Both the position numbers and the translations under genes were made by a program. From Microcoleus sp. (lineage in GTDB: Bacteria; Cyanobacteriota; Cyanobacteriia; Cyanobacteriales; Microcoleaceae), in the NCBI GenBank assembly GCA_052279835.1, contig CP181291.1, forward strand, positions 5,632,001 to 5,696,000: a stretch of 64,000 bases of DNA, in the 5' to 3' direction. Positions 51,373 to 61,756 of this stretch are shown in pieces (position 1 is the stretch's first letter; every line of letters begins with the position of its first letter). The notes beneath the pieces are model-generated. The model did no database searches and had not been told where the DNA came from. It saw only the letters and a list, made by a program, of their open reading frames with translations.

Positions 51373-52257
51373 CTACACAAATTCTCCTTTAGCAACCATC
51401 ACCACTTTTCCACCTACCAACACTTCTATTTTTCCGGCATTTTTTGCTGATTGCAACAACAGCAGCGAAGGTCGATCGATCTCATAACCTTGCTCGACTC
51501 TCACATTAATCTTTTCTGCCCTATAATAAGCATATTCGACCAAATATCCAGCTAAACAGCCATTGGCACTCCCCGTCGCCGGATCTTCGGGAATTCCTAA
51601 ATAAGGCGCAAAAACTCGGACGCTCAAGTCATTAATATCATTGTAAGTCTCTGGACAAAATATTAAAATTTCTGTGGCTTCTGTGGTCTCAATCAGCTCA
51701 GAATATTGCTCTAAGTTGACTTTGGCTTTCTTGAGCGAGGCTAGGTTTTTGAGCGGTACTATTATAAATGGTACTCCCGTGGAAACTTCTTGAATTGGGA
51801 ATTTTTCATCTATTTCATCGACTTCTAAATTCAGCACCCTTGCGAGTATGGCGGCTGATAAAACTTGACAAAAGGTAGGCGCTTTTTGTCGCATCCATAA
51901 AATATCTGGGACTGCATTGTGATAGCTGAAAGTAACGGGAATTTGACCGACTGCTAGATTTAAAATAACTTGTTCTACAGGTTGATTGATAATCTGTTGC
52001 TGCAAAACGAATGCTGTTCCTAAAGTGGGATGACCGGCAAAGGGCAATTCTTTTTTTGGGGTGAATATCCGCACATCGTAGCCCCCGTTTTGTTGTTGGG
52101 GCGATCGCACAAACGTAGTTTCTGAATAATTAATTTCCCTGGCTATCATCAGCATTTCGCTCTCCGATAGCTGTGCAACTCCCGCACCGCAAAAGACTGC
52201 TAGCTGGTTGCCAGCATATTTTGACTCGGCAAATACGTCAACTATGTAAAAATTCAT
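51373..52257 (-). CDS. PhzF-family isomerase-like protein
   Basis: VDVFA...GNQLAVF, NYSETTF, RIFTP..ELPFAGHPTLG, EDPATGSANG, EQG. Confidence 0.93.
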   Translation of the reverse strand: MNFYIVDVFAESKYAGNQLAVFCGAGVAQLSESEMLMIAREINYSETTFVRSPQQQNGGYDVRIFTPKKELPFAGHPTLGTAFVLQQQIINQPVEQVILNLAVGQIPVTFSYHNAVPDILWMRQKAPTFCQVLSAAILARVLNLEVDEIDEKFPIQEVSTGVPFIIVPLKNLASLKKAKVNLEQYSELIETTEATEILIFCPETYNDINDLSVRVFAPYLGIPEDPATGSANGCLAGYLVEYAYYRAEKINVRVEQGYEIDRPSLLLLQSAKNAGKIEVLVGGKVVMVAKGEFV

Positions 52258-52363
52258 AATTATGTCTCTGGGCTTTATGCTTTAATTCTTAAGTATTTTC
52301 TCGTTACCAGGCTTTGCCTGGTAACGCAGATCCAGAGGCTCCGCCTCGCCAATATCCAATGCT

Positions 52364-53917
52364 CTATTTCAAACAACGAATTGCTTGCAACATCCCCCTA
52401 GCTTTATTCAGGGTTTCCTCATATTCCATTTCTGGGTTAGAATCCGCCACCAAACCAGCACCTGCTTGCACAGAAACCGAATGTTGATCAGCACCTAAAG
52501 AGCGCACAACCATAGTCCGAATCGCGATCGCACTATTCAACTGTCCCTCAAAATCATAATACCCATAAACCCCAGAATAGGGTCCCCGGCGGCAACCTTC
52601 CAATTCATGTACAATCTCCATCGCCCGAATCTTGGGAGCACCACTAACCGTACCCGCCGGAAAACCAGCCTTCAACAAATCCCAAGCAGTCTTATCCTCA
52701 GCCAATTCTCCGATGACATTACTCACAATGTGCATCACATGAGAATAACGCTCAATTCCCATTAATTCATCAACCTTTACCGTACCGCTGCGGCAAACTC
52801 TACCCAAGTCATTTCTGCCCAAATCAACTAACATGACGTGTTCCGCAATTTCTTTCGGATCTTGCAATAATTCAGCAGCCAAAGCATCATCTTCTTGAGC
52901 AGTTTTACCCCGGCGACGAGTACCGGCGATCGGGCGCAAAGTTGCGATTCTCTTGCCATCTGGCGTGTTTTCTGCCTTCACCATAATCTCTGGACTGGAA
53001 CCGATAATCTGCCAATCTTTGAAATTGAAATAAGCCATGTAGGGAGAAGGATTAATCAAACGCAAAGAGCGGTAAAGTGCAAAAGGATCGCCACTGTATT
53101 CAGATTCCAGTCGCTGGGAAATCACTACCTGAAAAATATCTCCGGCTTTAATATAATCCTTAGCTTTTAAGACATTGGCACAATACTTTTCGGGAGTAGT
53201 ATTGCTGGTATAACTCAATTCTGTTTCTGTATTTCCGGTGGGGGAACTGGCATCTTGCCCGTTATTGGGAGGAGTCCATTCTATGAGAGTAGATTGCTGG
53301 GAAAGCGGGGATTTGAGTTTATCAACTAACTGAGAAACGCGATCGCACGCTTGCCCATAAGCCTCAGCCAAATCAACGCCAACATCACGCAAATCCGCAT
53401 AGGCTACGGCCCAAATCTTCCGTTTCACCTGATCGAAAATCAACAAATTATCCACCTGCATCCACAACCCATCGGGCAAATCTTTCTCCCCAGCCGGATA
53501 CACAGGAACGCGCGGTTCAATCCACTTAATTAACTCATAACCCCAAAACCCAAACAACCCCCCAATTCCCGCTGGTAACTGTGGCAATTTCACCGGTTGA
53601 TAAGACTGCAAACATTCAGTTAAAGCCACAAACGGATCGCCGCTAAATACTTTTTGGGAACCATCGCGGTAAACTTGAATTGTTTGCGATCCCTTTGCCT
53701 CCAAAATCCACAACGGATCGCACCCTAAAAAACTATAACGCCCAATTTTTTCCCCACCTTCGACGGACTCTAGCAAAAAACTGTAAGGTTGACCGGCACA
53801 TACCCGATACCACGCAGAAACTGGCGTATCTAAATCAGCCACCCATTCTTGATAAACAGGGACAAAATTGCCTTGTTTTGCCAGTTCGGAGAATTGTGAG
53901 AATTCGGGGAATATCAT
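52364..53917 (-). CDS. trpE: Anthranilate synthase component I
   Basis: [65 protein letters not shown]. Start set at ATG 53917. Confidence 0.96.
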   Translation of the reverse strand: MIFPEFSQFSELAKQGNFVPVYQEWVADLDTPVSAWYRVCAGQPYSFLLESVEGGEKIGRYSFLGCDPLWILEAKGSQTIQVYRDGSQKVFSGDPFVALTECLQSYQPVKLPQLPAGIGGLFGFWGYELIKWIEPRVPVYPAGEKDLPDGLWMQVDNLLIFDQVKRKIWAVAYADLRDVGVDLAEAYGQACDRVSQLVDKLKSPLSQQSTLIEWTPPNNGQDASSPTGNTETELSYTSNTTPEKYCANVLKAKDYIKAGDIFQVVISQRLESEYSGDPFALYRSLRLINPSPYMAYFNFKDWQIIGSSPEIMVKAENTPDGKRIATLRPIAGTRRRGKTAQEDDALAAELLQDPKEIAEHVMLVDLGRNDLGRVCRSGTVKVDELMGIERYSHVMHIVSNVIGELAEDKTAWDLLKAGFPAGTVSGAPKIRAMEIVHELEGCRRGPYSGVYGYYDFEGQLNSAIAIRTMVVRSLGADQHSVSVQAGAGLVADSNPEMEYEETLNKARGMLQAIRCLK

Positions 53918-54085
53918 AGGGAGAAGGAAGATGGAAGAAGGAAGATGGAAGATGGAAGATGGCCCTTCGACTCGGCGATCGGGTACAAAGAAGGATGAAA
54001 TAAAATGCAATAATAGCAATATTATCAGCGATTTAGAAATTCTTAACCGTCTTGGCGGTTGCTATACTAAACTTTAATTAAATAA

Positions 54086-54946
54086 TCAATAAAGATAGGA
54101 CGGAAGGACACATCCCACAGGTTGCTGGTACTCACCAACTGCCATCACCGCCAGCGGCTTGAGGGCGCGCAGCCCCTCTTGCAAACACCAGCGAAACAAA
54201 CCTGCATAGCGCACCGGCAAGTGAAAACAAAGCACTTCTCCGGGACTATAGGCTGCCGCCCCTAACAGCAAAGCCTGCATATCGGCTGCTGTTTCGGCGA
54301 CGCTGTGACCGAAAGTAGATACCGCACAAGTATAGGCCACAATCCGGCCTTGTTTGGTGGTAACTAAGGGAGAAAGGTGATTCAGGGCGTATTCAATCTC
54401 GCAAGTGCGCTCGCACCCAGACACTCTATTACACAAAGCCTGACATTCATCTATATCCTCACTGCTGAGCGGCCGTACCTCAAAGTCATACTGGGGCAGA
54501 CTGCTAAACATCCCCTCCATCAATACCAAAGGTTCTTTCACCTCAAAACCCAGAGAAATGTAGAGTGACAAGGATGCCAAGTTAAAAGATTCTTGAACCA
54601 AACGAATACCAGGAGCCTCTTTTCCCTGTTCCAGCAAGGCTTTCATGATTTGCCTTCCTGTTCCTTTTCCTTGAAAAGTGCGATCGACACTAACTGGTCC
54701 AATGCCACGAATCGGGTTGCGTTCGTCCATGAAACCGCAGCCGACAACCTCACCGGAGTTTTCAGCTACAATGTCAAAATACGATGGGCTGTGGATTAAA
54801 ATATCGGTGATTTCGGTGGCAAAATCCAGTGTGGGAAAATCTGTTGGGAATTTATGGCGATCGGAAATACCTTTAAAAGCTTCATAATTAATCCGAGCGC
54901 AAGCATCAATATCCTGATGAGTTGCTCGCCTGATTTCTACCGTCAT
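54086..54946 (-). CDS. GNAT-family N-acetyltransferase (two-domain)
   Basis: IGPVSVDRTFQGKGTGRQIM acetyl-CoA motif, SLYISLGF. Confidence 0.85.
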   Translation of the reverse strand: MTVEIRRATHQDIDACARINYEAFKGISDRHKFPTDFPTLDFATEITDILIHSPSYFDIVAENSGEVVGCGFMDERNPIRGIGPVSVDRTFQGKGTGRQIMKALLEQGKEAPGIRLVQESFNLASLSLYISLGFEVKEPLVLMEGMFSSLPQYDFEVRPLSSEDIDECQALCNRVSGCERTCEIEYALNHLSPLVTTKQGRIVAYTCAVSTFGHSVAETAADMQALLLGAAAYSPGEVLCFHLPVRYAGLFRWCLQEGLRALKPLAVMAVGEYQQPVGCVLPSYLY

Positions 54947-55111
54947 TTTGGATAATTATTAATTTAATTTGCGATCGCACAAGGAGTTTGTAGTTGCGCT
55001 TAGGCGAGATAGAAACAGCCTGTCGCGCCCAAGTGCTACTACAAACCAGAAAATACAAGCTGAGCTTTTCTGGAAATACTACCCGTTCGAGCTCAGCGAT
55101 TCCCTCAAAAC

Positions 55112-55537
55112 CTAAACTTCGTAGGTCTTTTTACCCGTGAACTTCACCTTAATCGGGTTAGGATTGCTGCCAATATTGCGGTCAACCTTACCGTTGTATG
55201 GACGACCTTCGTTCACCTTTTCAGGGAACACGCCATCCTTGGGATGCAGGTACTCATTAGAACCGTCGGGAAATACACGGTAAATCTTGTAGTTGGAGAT
55301 TTTGAATTTTGCCCGCAGTTGTTGGCCGCCTAAAGCAATGCACTGCTCCTTCCGGGGCAGATACAGCAGGTTGTCGCCTTGACGCATGATTGCAGCGCCG
55401 CCTGTCGGCATTTCAAACACCTGTTCCTTGGGGCTAGTCCAAGTGATCGCGTACTTCTCTTCAACTAGCGCCTTAGTCAGCAAGCCGCCGGTGCTGCCGC
55501 CGAAGATAGGGGGTTGTCCAGTGAGTTCTTCTGCCAT
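55112..55537 (-). CDS. psaD: Photosystem I reaction centre subunit II
   Basis: [29 protein letters not shown]...FEMPTGGAA...[14 protein letters not shown]. Start at ATG 55537. Confidence 0.98.
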   Translation of the reverse strand: MAEELTGQPPIFGGSTGGLLTKALVEEKYAITWTSPKEQVFEMPTGGAAIMRQGDNLLYLPRKEQCIALGGQQLRAKFKISNYKIYRVFPDGSNEYLHPKDGVFPEKVNEGRPYNGKVDRNIGSNPNPIKVKFTGKKTYEV

Positions 55538-56277
55538 AGATATATCCAAAGGATTTTTAGGGCATCCTATCACCTGGGTGTTACCCTTCTCTCGAAATTG
55601 TAAGGAAAGTTAACAGTTTTTTGACGAGGGATATTTTATGATAATTCAAAATATCCAATTAAGATTGGAGATTTGGCAATTGCCACCGCTGCGGAAAAAA
55701 TAAATTTGACAGTATAAAATCATCATTAAATAAGAATTTAAAAACAGCTATTGCTAGGGTCAGTTGGGGAGATTTTGTAAAACCAGCCCTAGCCAAAAAG
55801 CACCTAACTCCTGTGGGTACTAACGCCTCATTTATTCCTGGGGCTACTTTGGGCATTTTTCAAATTTTCCAAGGCTCAAATTTTTCCCCTCGATTGGTTG
55901 TTGCTGTGAAGAAAGTTTTGAGTTATAATTTCTAGACCTATTATCTTGGGAACTATGTATATTTCCCACTTAAAATTTATGGCGATCGCGTAAGTAAGGG
56001 GCCAGCCAGCGCCGAAAGGCAAAAACAGGTGTTTCCTTGATGACAAGCTACGAGGAAACCAATGTAAAGAATGTTCAGATTCTGCGATTCTTGGTTGCTT
56101 GGTCTGGTAGCTAGCCAAAATACCCAGTTTCTACGTAAGTATTTTTTTGGGTTTCGAGGAACTAAGATACCTTTGGCCAACTTATGTTCACACCAGCCGA
56201 GTGCCCATAGTTGAACTTGGCGGCATATCTGGCATTCTATAATAACAAACCAATCTACCCAATTGAAAGGACAAACC

Positions 56278-59200
56278 ATGTTCCCAGCTTCAGGATTTTC
56301 TGGTTATGAGCTCCAAGAAATCATCCACCAAGGAGCTCACACAGTTATCTATCGCGCGGTATCGAAAGCCGATGGACAGTTTGTGATTCTTAAAGTTTTA
56401 AACACCGACTGTCCCACCCTAGACCAGCTCGCTAGACTCAAGCACGAGTATCAAATTACTCAACATCTAGACTCTGAACACATCATCAAAGTCTATGGTA
56501 TTGACAATTTTCAAAATTGCTTATTATTAATTTTAGAAGATATGGGAGGGCGATCGCTGAGAAAATGGATGACAAGCCTAGGTTATCGCTCCAATCCCCA
56601 AGCTCAAACAATAGAAAACATACCATGGCAAGATTGCGAATTATCGATCGCCCAGTTTCTAAACATTGCGGTGTCCTTGTCAAAAGCTTTAATTTGCATT
56701 CATACAAATAAAATTATTCATAAAGATATTAAACCTGCTAATATTATCATTAATCCTGAAACAGAACAAGTAAAACTTACTGATTTCAGCATTGCTTCTC
56801 GGTTAAACAAAGAATATCCCAACTTAAAAAATCCCGATCGCCTAGAAGGCACTCTTGCCTATATGTCCCCAGAACAAACTGGGCGGATGAATCGAGAGCT
56901 AGACTACCGCAGCGATTTTTATTCCCTAGGTGTCACCTTTTACGAACTGTTGACAAAACAATTACCATTTCAGAGCAGCGAACCCTTAGAAATGGTACAC
57001 TGTCACATTGCCAAACAACCGACACCCATTCAAGAATTAAAGCCAAATATCCCCCCATTCATAGCACAAATTGTCGCCAAACTCATGGCAAAAAATGCTG
57101 AAGATCGCTATCAAAGCGCCACAGGATTGTTAGCAGATTTAGAACTGTGCCAAAATCAAATTAAAAGTCATGGTAGAGTTTCAGACTTGATCCCCGGCCA
57201 ATTTGATGTTAGAAGCCAGTTATCCATACCTCAAAAACTATACGGACGAGAAAAACAAGTCGAACAACTGTTGCAAATATTCGATCGAGTGAGCAAAGGT
57301 GGTAGTGAAATTGTGATGGTATCGGGATATTCAGGCATTGGGAAATCAGTATTAGTCCAGGAAATTATGCGGGATTCAACTCGCAATCACGGCTATTTTA
57401 TCTCTGGTAAATTCGACCAATTTAAGCGCAATATTCCCTACACCTCTTTCAATCAAGCCATGAGGAGTTTGGTCAATCAAATTTTAATGGAAAGCCAAAC
57501 TCAGTTAGCCCAATGGCGAAAAACACTACTGAACACTTTGGGTGTCAATGCTCAAGTTGCGATCGATGCTATCCCCGAATTAGAGTTAATTTTAGGCCCG
57601 CAACCTCCCGTACCCGAACTTGGTGTGATTGAATCTCAAAATCGATTCAATCGAGTCATGCAGCAGTTTATCCACGCCATAGCAACTGCGGAACATCCTT
57701 TAATCTTATTTCTCGATGATTGTCAGTGGATAGATGGTGCAACAGTCAAGATGTATCAAGAAAATTGCATCGCCCGAAACCCTTACTTGCTAGTGATTAA
57801 TGCCTATCGAGATCGTGAAGTCAGTCCCACCCATCCCTTGATGCTAGCAAATGATGCCCTTCGGGCTACAGGAATTTCGATTACAGAAATTCAATTAAAA
57901 CCCTTGACAATTTATCAGATAAACCAATTAGTATCTCAAAGCCTGAATTGTACTTTAAAAAAAGCTGAAATTCTGAGCAATTTATTGTTAGAAAAAACCG
58001 GAGGAAATCCCTTTTTTGTCAAACAACTGCTGAAGTCATTACATCAAGATGGCTTCCTAAAATTTAATCCAACCCAGGAGGAATGGCAGTGGAATATTCA
58101 ACAAATTCAGCAGCAGAAAATCTCGGAAAATGTGGTTGATTTGATGGTTGAAAAAATTCAAAAATTGTCAGTTGCTACTCAAAAAATTTTACAATTAGCT
58201 GCTTGCATAGACAATGAATTCACTTTAGAGTTCTTGTCGATAGCCAGCGAAAAATCTTTAACTGAAACAGTGCGAGAGTTGTGGGAAGCACTGCAAGTAG
58301 GTTTGATTTTACCTGTAGATAATAACTATCGAGTCGCGCAAGTATTGGATGGGCAGGAGTTGGAAAAATTGGACAAAACAGCCGGAAAGGTGCGCTATAA
58401 GTTCTTGCACGATCGAGTGCAACAAGCAGCCTATGTGATGATTCCTGATGCGCAGAAACAACCAGTTCATTTGAAGTTAGGACGTTTGTTGTTGCAGAAC
58501 ACTAATGAAGCCGAACGCCAAGAAAAAATCTTTGATATTGTCAATCATTTCAACTTGGCTCGCGGGTTGATTTCTAGCGATGAAGAATTTTATCAATTAG
58601 CACAACTAAATTTACAAGCAGGAAACATGGCTAAATCTGCTTCAGCTTTTGAAGCGGCAAAGACTTTTTTTGAAACTGGATGCAACACTTTACCAGCCTC
58701 AAGCTGGCAAGATAATTATGCCTTGACTTTAGAATTAAATATAGCACGGGGTGAAGCAGAATATTTGAATGGGAATAATGATGAAGCTTTAGTTATTTTT
58801 GATGAAGTTATTCCGAGGACTAAAAGTTTATTATCACATTGCTTGATCGATGAATTAAAAATGACTTGTTTGCGGATGAAAAATGATTTGTCGGCTGCTT
58901 ACAAGTTAGGTGTGGAAACATTACAATCTTTGGGTGTCGAATTTGAAGCTTACCCAGATGAGGATTTTTTAGCTAGTGAATTAGCCAAAACGAAGGCGAT
59001 GATTGGCGATCGGGCGATCGCCGATTTGGCAGATTTACCCCTACTCACCGATCCGCTAAAACTCGCAGCCCACCGGATTTTGAAAGAACTGTTCCCCATC
59101 GCCTATTTTACCAATCCCAACGCTCAATTTCTCTGCGCGCTCAAGTTAGTGCAAGGGAGTATTGAGCATGGTAATTGCCGAATTTCTGCCTTTGGTTACA

Positions 59201-61701
59201 CTTTGTATGCCTTTACTTTAATCACTAAATATCGTGAAATTGAGGCTGGGTGTGCAGCGGCAAAACTCTCGCTCAATCTCTACGAAGCTTGGAATATTAA
59301 AGAGTTAGGAGCTTGTATTTTCCATATGTGGGGGGCTTTAACCTTGCATTACATTGAATATATAGATGAGGGCAAGTTGTTGATGCTGAAAGCCTTTAAT
59401 CATGGTATAGAAACAGGTGCTTACCAGTGGTCTGGTTATGCTTCCATTAATTATGTATGGAGTTGTTTTTTTGGCAATGAATCTCTACAAAAAACCACAG
59501 AAATTACAGATAATTTTATCCCTGTGTTGTCAAAAATCGATCGCAATATGTTAGCCTATCACTTGTTGAACAAAAATGCGATCGCCCAACTTACCTGCAC
59601 CTTAGAAGCCGCCCAGATACCTCAAACTTTTATTGATGATGAAGCGCTGTTAAAATTTGCTGAATCCTCTGCCGATCTGACTACGATTTTTGTAATCTAT
59701 CTTTACAAACTGACTATTGCTAACTGGTTTGGTGACGTCCATCTAGCCTTAGAATATGCCCTGGATGGGGCGGAATTTTTGAAAGGTGGTGCCGGTCATT
59801 TTGTCAATCCTGTTTTTCGTTTTCATTACGCGATCGCTCTGGCGTCTGGTGCCACAAATGCCAGCGATCGCGATCGTCAACTATACCGAGAACAACTCAA
59901 CATCAGCCTAGAAGAATTTCGAGATTTGGCGCAACATTCCCCAGCCAACTATCAACACAAATATTTATTAATCTACGCAGAAATAGAGCGACTATCAGGA
60001 AATAATTATGCAGCCGCAGAATATTACGACCAATCCATCGCCTCAGCGCTGGAAAATGGATTTATCCAAAATGCAGCCCTAGCCAACGAACTAGCCACCC
60101 GCTTTTATTTAACACAAAATCGGTACAATGTCGCCAAATTTTATCTTAATGATGCCCGTTTTTGCTATCTGCAATGGGGTGCTACTGCCAAAGTTAATCA
60201 ATTAGAAAACTCCCATCCTGATTGGTTTCAAAAAATATCCGATAATCACATAACAGTCACTACCACTGCCAGTACCTCTGCCGATGGTAACATTTTAGAT
60301 GTAGGAACAGTAATGAAAGCATCCCAGACTATTTCTAGTGAAATAGTCTTAGGAAAATTGTTAACAAAACTGCTGCATATTATTTTAGAAAATGCGGGAG
60401 CTGAAAAAGGAGCTATTATTCTCGAAAAAGATGGGGAACTTTCCATAGAAGTCTTGGATACTCACAAGCAAAATTCTCGCATCTTCCACGAGCCAACTTT
60501 ATTAAAAAACAGTTCAGAACTGCCAATTTCTGTCATTCAATATGTGGTGATGACTCAGAAAGCAATACTTTTGACCAATGCAGCCAAAGAAACCATTTAT
60601 CAAGCGGATTTATATATTCAAAAAACTAGACCAAAATCGCTTTTGTGCGCCCCTATTATCTATCAGGGTAAGTCCATTGGTGTAGTTTATTTAGAAAACA
60701 ATCTGGTGGTGGGTGCGTTTACAAAGGAGCGATTGAAAATGTTACAAATATTGACATCCCAGGCGGCAATTGCCATTGAAAATGCCCGTCTCTATGCTGG
60801 CGAACAAGAAAAATCTCGTGAGTTAAAAGCCGCAGTGATTCAACTGCAACAAACTCAAGCACAATTAGTTCAAACTGAAAAAATATCTCAACTTGGACAA
60901 CTGGTGGCTGGAGTTGCTCACGAAGTGAATAATCCCGTTGGTTTCATTTCTGGAAATTTGCACCACGTTCAAGAATATATTGATGATTTGATTAATTTGC
61001 TCAATCTTTATCAAGAAAAATTTCCCGAACCTGGACAAGAAATTGAAGATGAAATTGAGTCTATCGAACTGGAATATCTATTAGAAGATTTGCCCAAAAC
61101 CACGGCCTCCATGAAATTGGGAATCGATCGCATTCGGGATATCATGCAATCCCTCCGCAACTACTCCCGCACCGACACCGCTCAAAAAAGAGCCGTTGAT
61201 ATTCACGAAGGAATTGAAACTACTTTGATGATTTTGTCTCACCGACTGAAAGCCAAACAAGCTCGACCAGCAATTAAAATCATTAAATATTATGGTGAGT
61301 TACCAAAATTACAATGCTATCCAGGACAAATGAATCAAGTATTTATGAACTTGATTGCTAATGCAATTGATGCTTTGGATGAATCTAATGTGGGCAAAAC
61401 CTATGCACAAATAGATAAAAATCCCAATAAAATTACCATTTCTACTTTCGGAATTTCCCAAAAAGCAGGACAAACAATGGACACCTTGGTAATTCGGATC
61501 GCTGATAACGGCTTGGGAATGCCAGAAAGCGTGCTCGAAAAATTGTTTACTCCATTTTTTACCACTAAAGTAGAAGGGGAAGGAACGGGATTGGGCTTGT
61601 CTATTTGTTATCAGATAGTAACCGAAAAACATGGAGGGAGTTTGGAATGTTTTTCATCGGTGGGGAAAGGAACGGAATTTGTAATTAGTATTCCGATGTA
61701 G
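56278..61701 (+). CDS. Multi-domain Ser/Thr kinase - AAA ATPase - TPR-like - GAF - histidine kinase
   Basis: IIHKDIKPAN, KLTDF, GTLAYMSPEQTGR; GYSGIGKS, LFLDDCQW; GAF (SLLCAPI, YLEN); AHEVNNP, QVFMNLIANA, GTGLGL. Confidence 0.93.
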   Translation: MFPASGFSGYELQEIIHQGAHTVIYRAVSKADGQFVILKVLNTDCPTLDQLARLKHEYQITQHLDSEHIIKVYGIDNFQNCLLLILEDMGGRSLRKWMTSLGYRSNPQAQTIENIPWQDCELSIAQFLNIAVSLSKALICIHTNKIIHKDIKPANIIINPETEQVKLTDFSIASRLNKEYPNLKNPDRLEGTLAYMSPEQTGRMNRELDYRSDFYSLGVTFYELLTKQLPFQSSEPLEMVHCHIAKQPTPIQELKPNIPPFIAQIVAKLMAKNAEDRYQSATGLLADLELCQNQIKSHGRVSDLIPGQFDVRSQLSIPQKLYGREKQVEQLLQIFDRVSKGGSEIVMVSGYSGIGKSVLVQEIMRDSTRNHGYFISGKFDQFKRNIPYTSFNQAMRSLVNQILMESQTQLAQWRKTLLNTLGVNAQVAIDAIPELELILGPQPPVPELGVIESQNRFNRVMQQFIHAIATAEHPLILFLDDCQWIDGATVKMYQENCIARNPYLLVINAYRDREVSPTHPLMLANDALRATGISITEIQLKPLTIYQINQLVSQSLNCTLKKAEILSNLLLEKTGGNPFFVKQLLKSLHQDGFLKFNPTQEEWQWNIQQIQQQKISENVVDLMVEKIQKLSVATQKILQLAACIDNEFTLEFLSIASEKSLTETVRELWEALQVGLILPVDNNYRVAQVLDGQELEKLDKTAGKVRYKFLHDRVQQAAYVMIPDAQKQPVHLKLGRLLLQNTNEAERQEKIFDIVNHFNLARGLISSDEEFYQLAQLNLQAGNMAKSASAFEAAKTFFETGCNTLPASSWQDNYALTLELNIARGEAEYLNGNNDEALVIFDEVIPRTKSLLSHCLIDELKMTCLRMKNDLSAAYKLGVETLQSLGVEFEAYPDEDFLASELAKTKAMIGDRAIADLADLPLLTDPLKLAAHRILKELFPIAYFTNPNAQFLCALKLVQGSIEHGNCRISAFGYTLYAFTLITKYREIEAGCAAAKLSLNLYEAWNIKELGACIFHMWGALTLHYIEYIDEGKLLMLKAFNHGIETGAYQWSGYASINYVWSCFFGNESLQKTTEITDNFIPVLSKIDRNMLAYHLLNKNAIAQLTCTLEAAQIPQTFIDDEALLKFAESSADLTTIFVIYLYKLTIANWFGDVHLALEYALDGAEFLKGGAGHFVNPVFRFHYAIALASGATNASDRDRQLYREQLNISLEEFRDLAQHSPANYQHKYLLIYAEIERLSGNNYAAAEYYDQSIASALENGFIQNAALANELATRFYLTQNRYNVAKFYLNDARFCYLQWGATAKVNQLENSHPDWFQKISDNHITVTTTASTSADGNILDVGTVMKASQTISSEIVLGKLLTKLLHIILENAGAEKGAIILEKDGELSIEVLDTHKQNSRIFHEPTLLKNSSELPISVIQYVVMTQKAILLTNAAKETIYQADLYIQKTRPKSLLCAPIIYQGKSIGVVYLENNLVVGAFTKERLKMLQILTSQAAIAIENARLYAGEQEKSRELKAAVIQLQQTQAQLVQTEKISQLGQLVAGVAHEVNNPVGFISGNLHHVQEYIDDLINLLNLYQEKFPEPGQEIEDEIESIELEYLLEDLPKTTASMKLGIDRIRDIMQSLRNYSRTDTAQKRAVDIHEGIETTLMILSHRLKAKQARPAIKIIKYYGELPKLQCYPGQMNQVFMNLIANAIDALDESNVGKTYAQIDKNPNKITISTFGISQKAGQTMDTLVIRIADNGLGMPESVLEKLFTPFFTTKVEGEGTGLGLSICYQIVTEKHGGSLECFSSVGKGTEFVISIPM

Positions 61702-61756
61702 TTAGTGGTTATTTGTAGGACAACCAAATTATTCAAAAAGTCGGGTATCTCGGTAT

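Noticed and set aside
55574..56277. Short ORFs or ncRNA in the 700-bp divergent region between psaD and the large kinase
   Set aside because: No recognisable motifs or convincing structure; explained as divergent promoter space.
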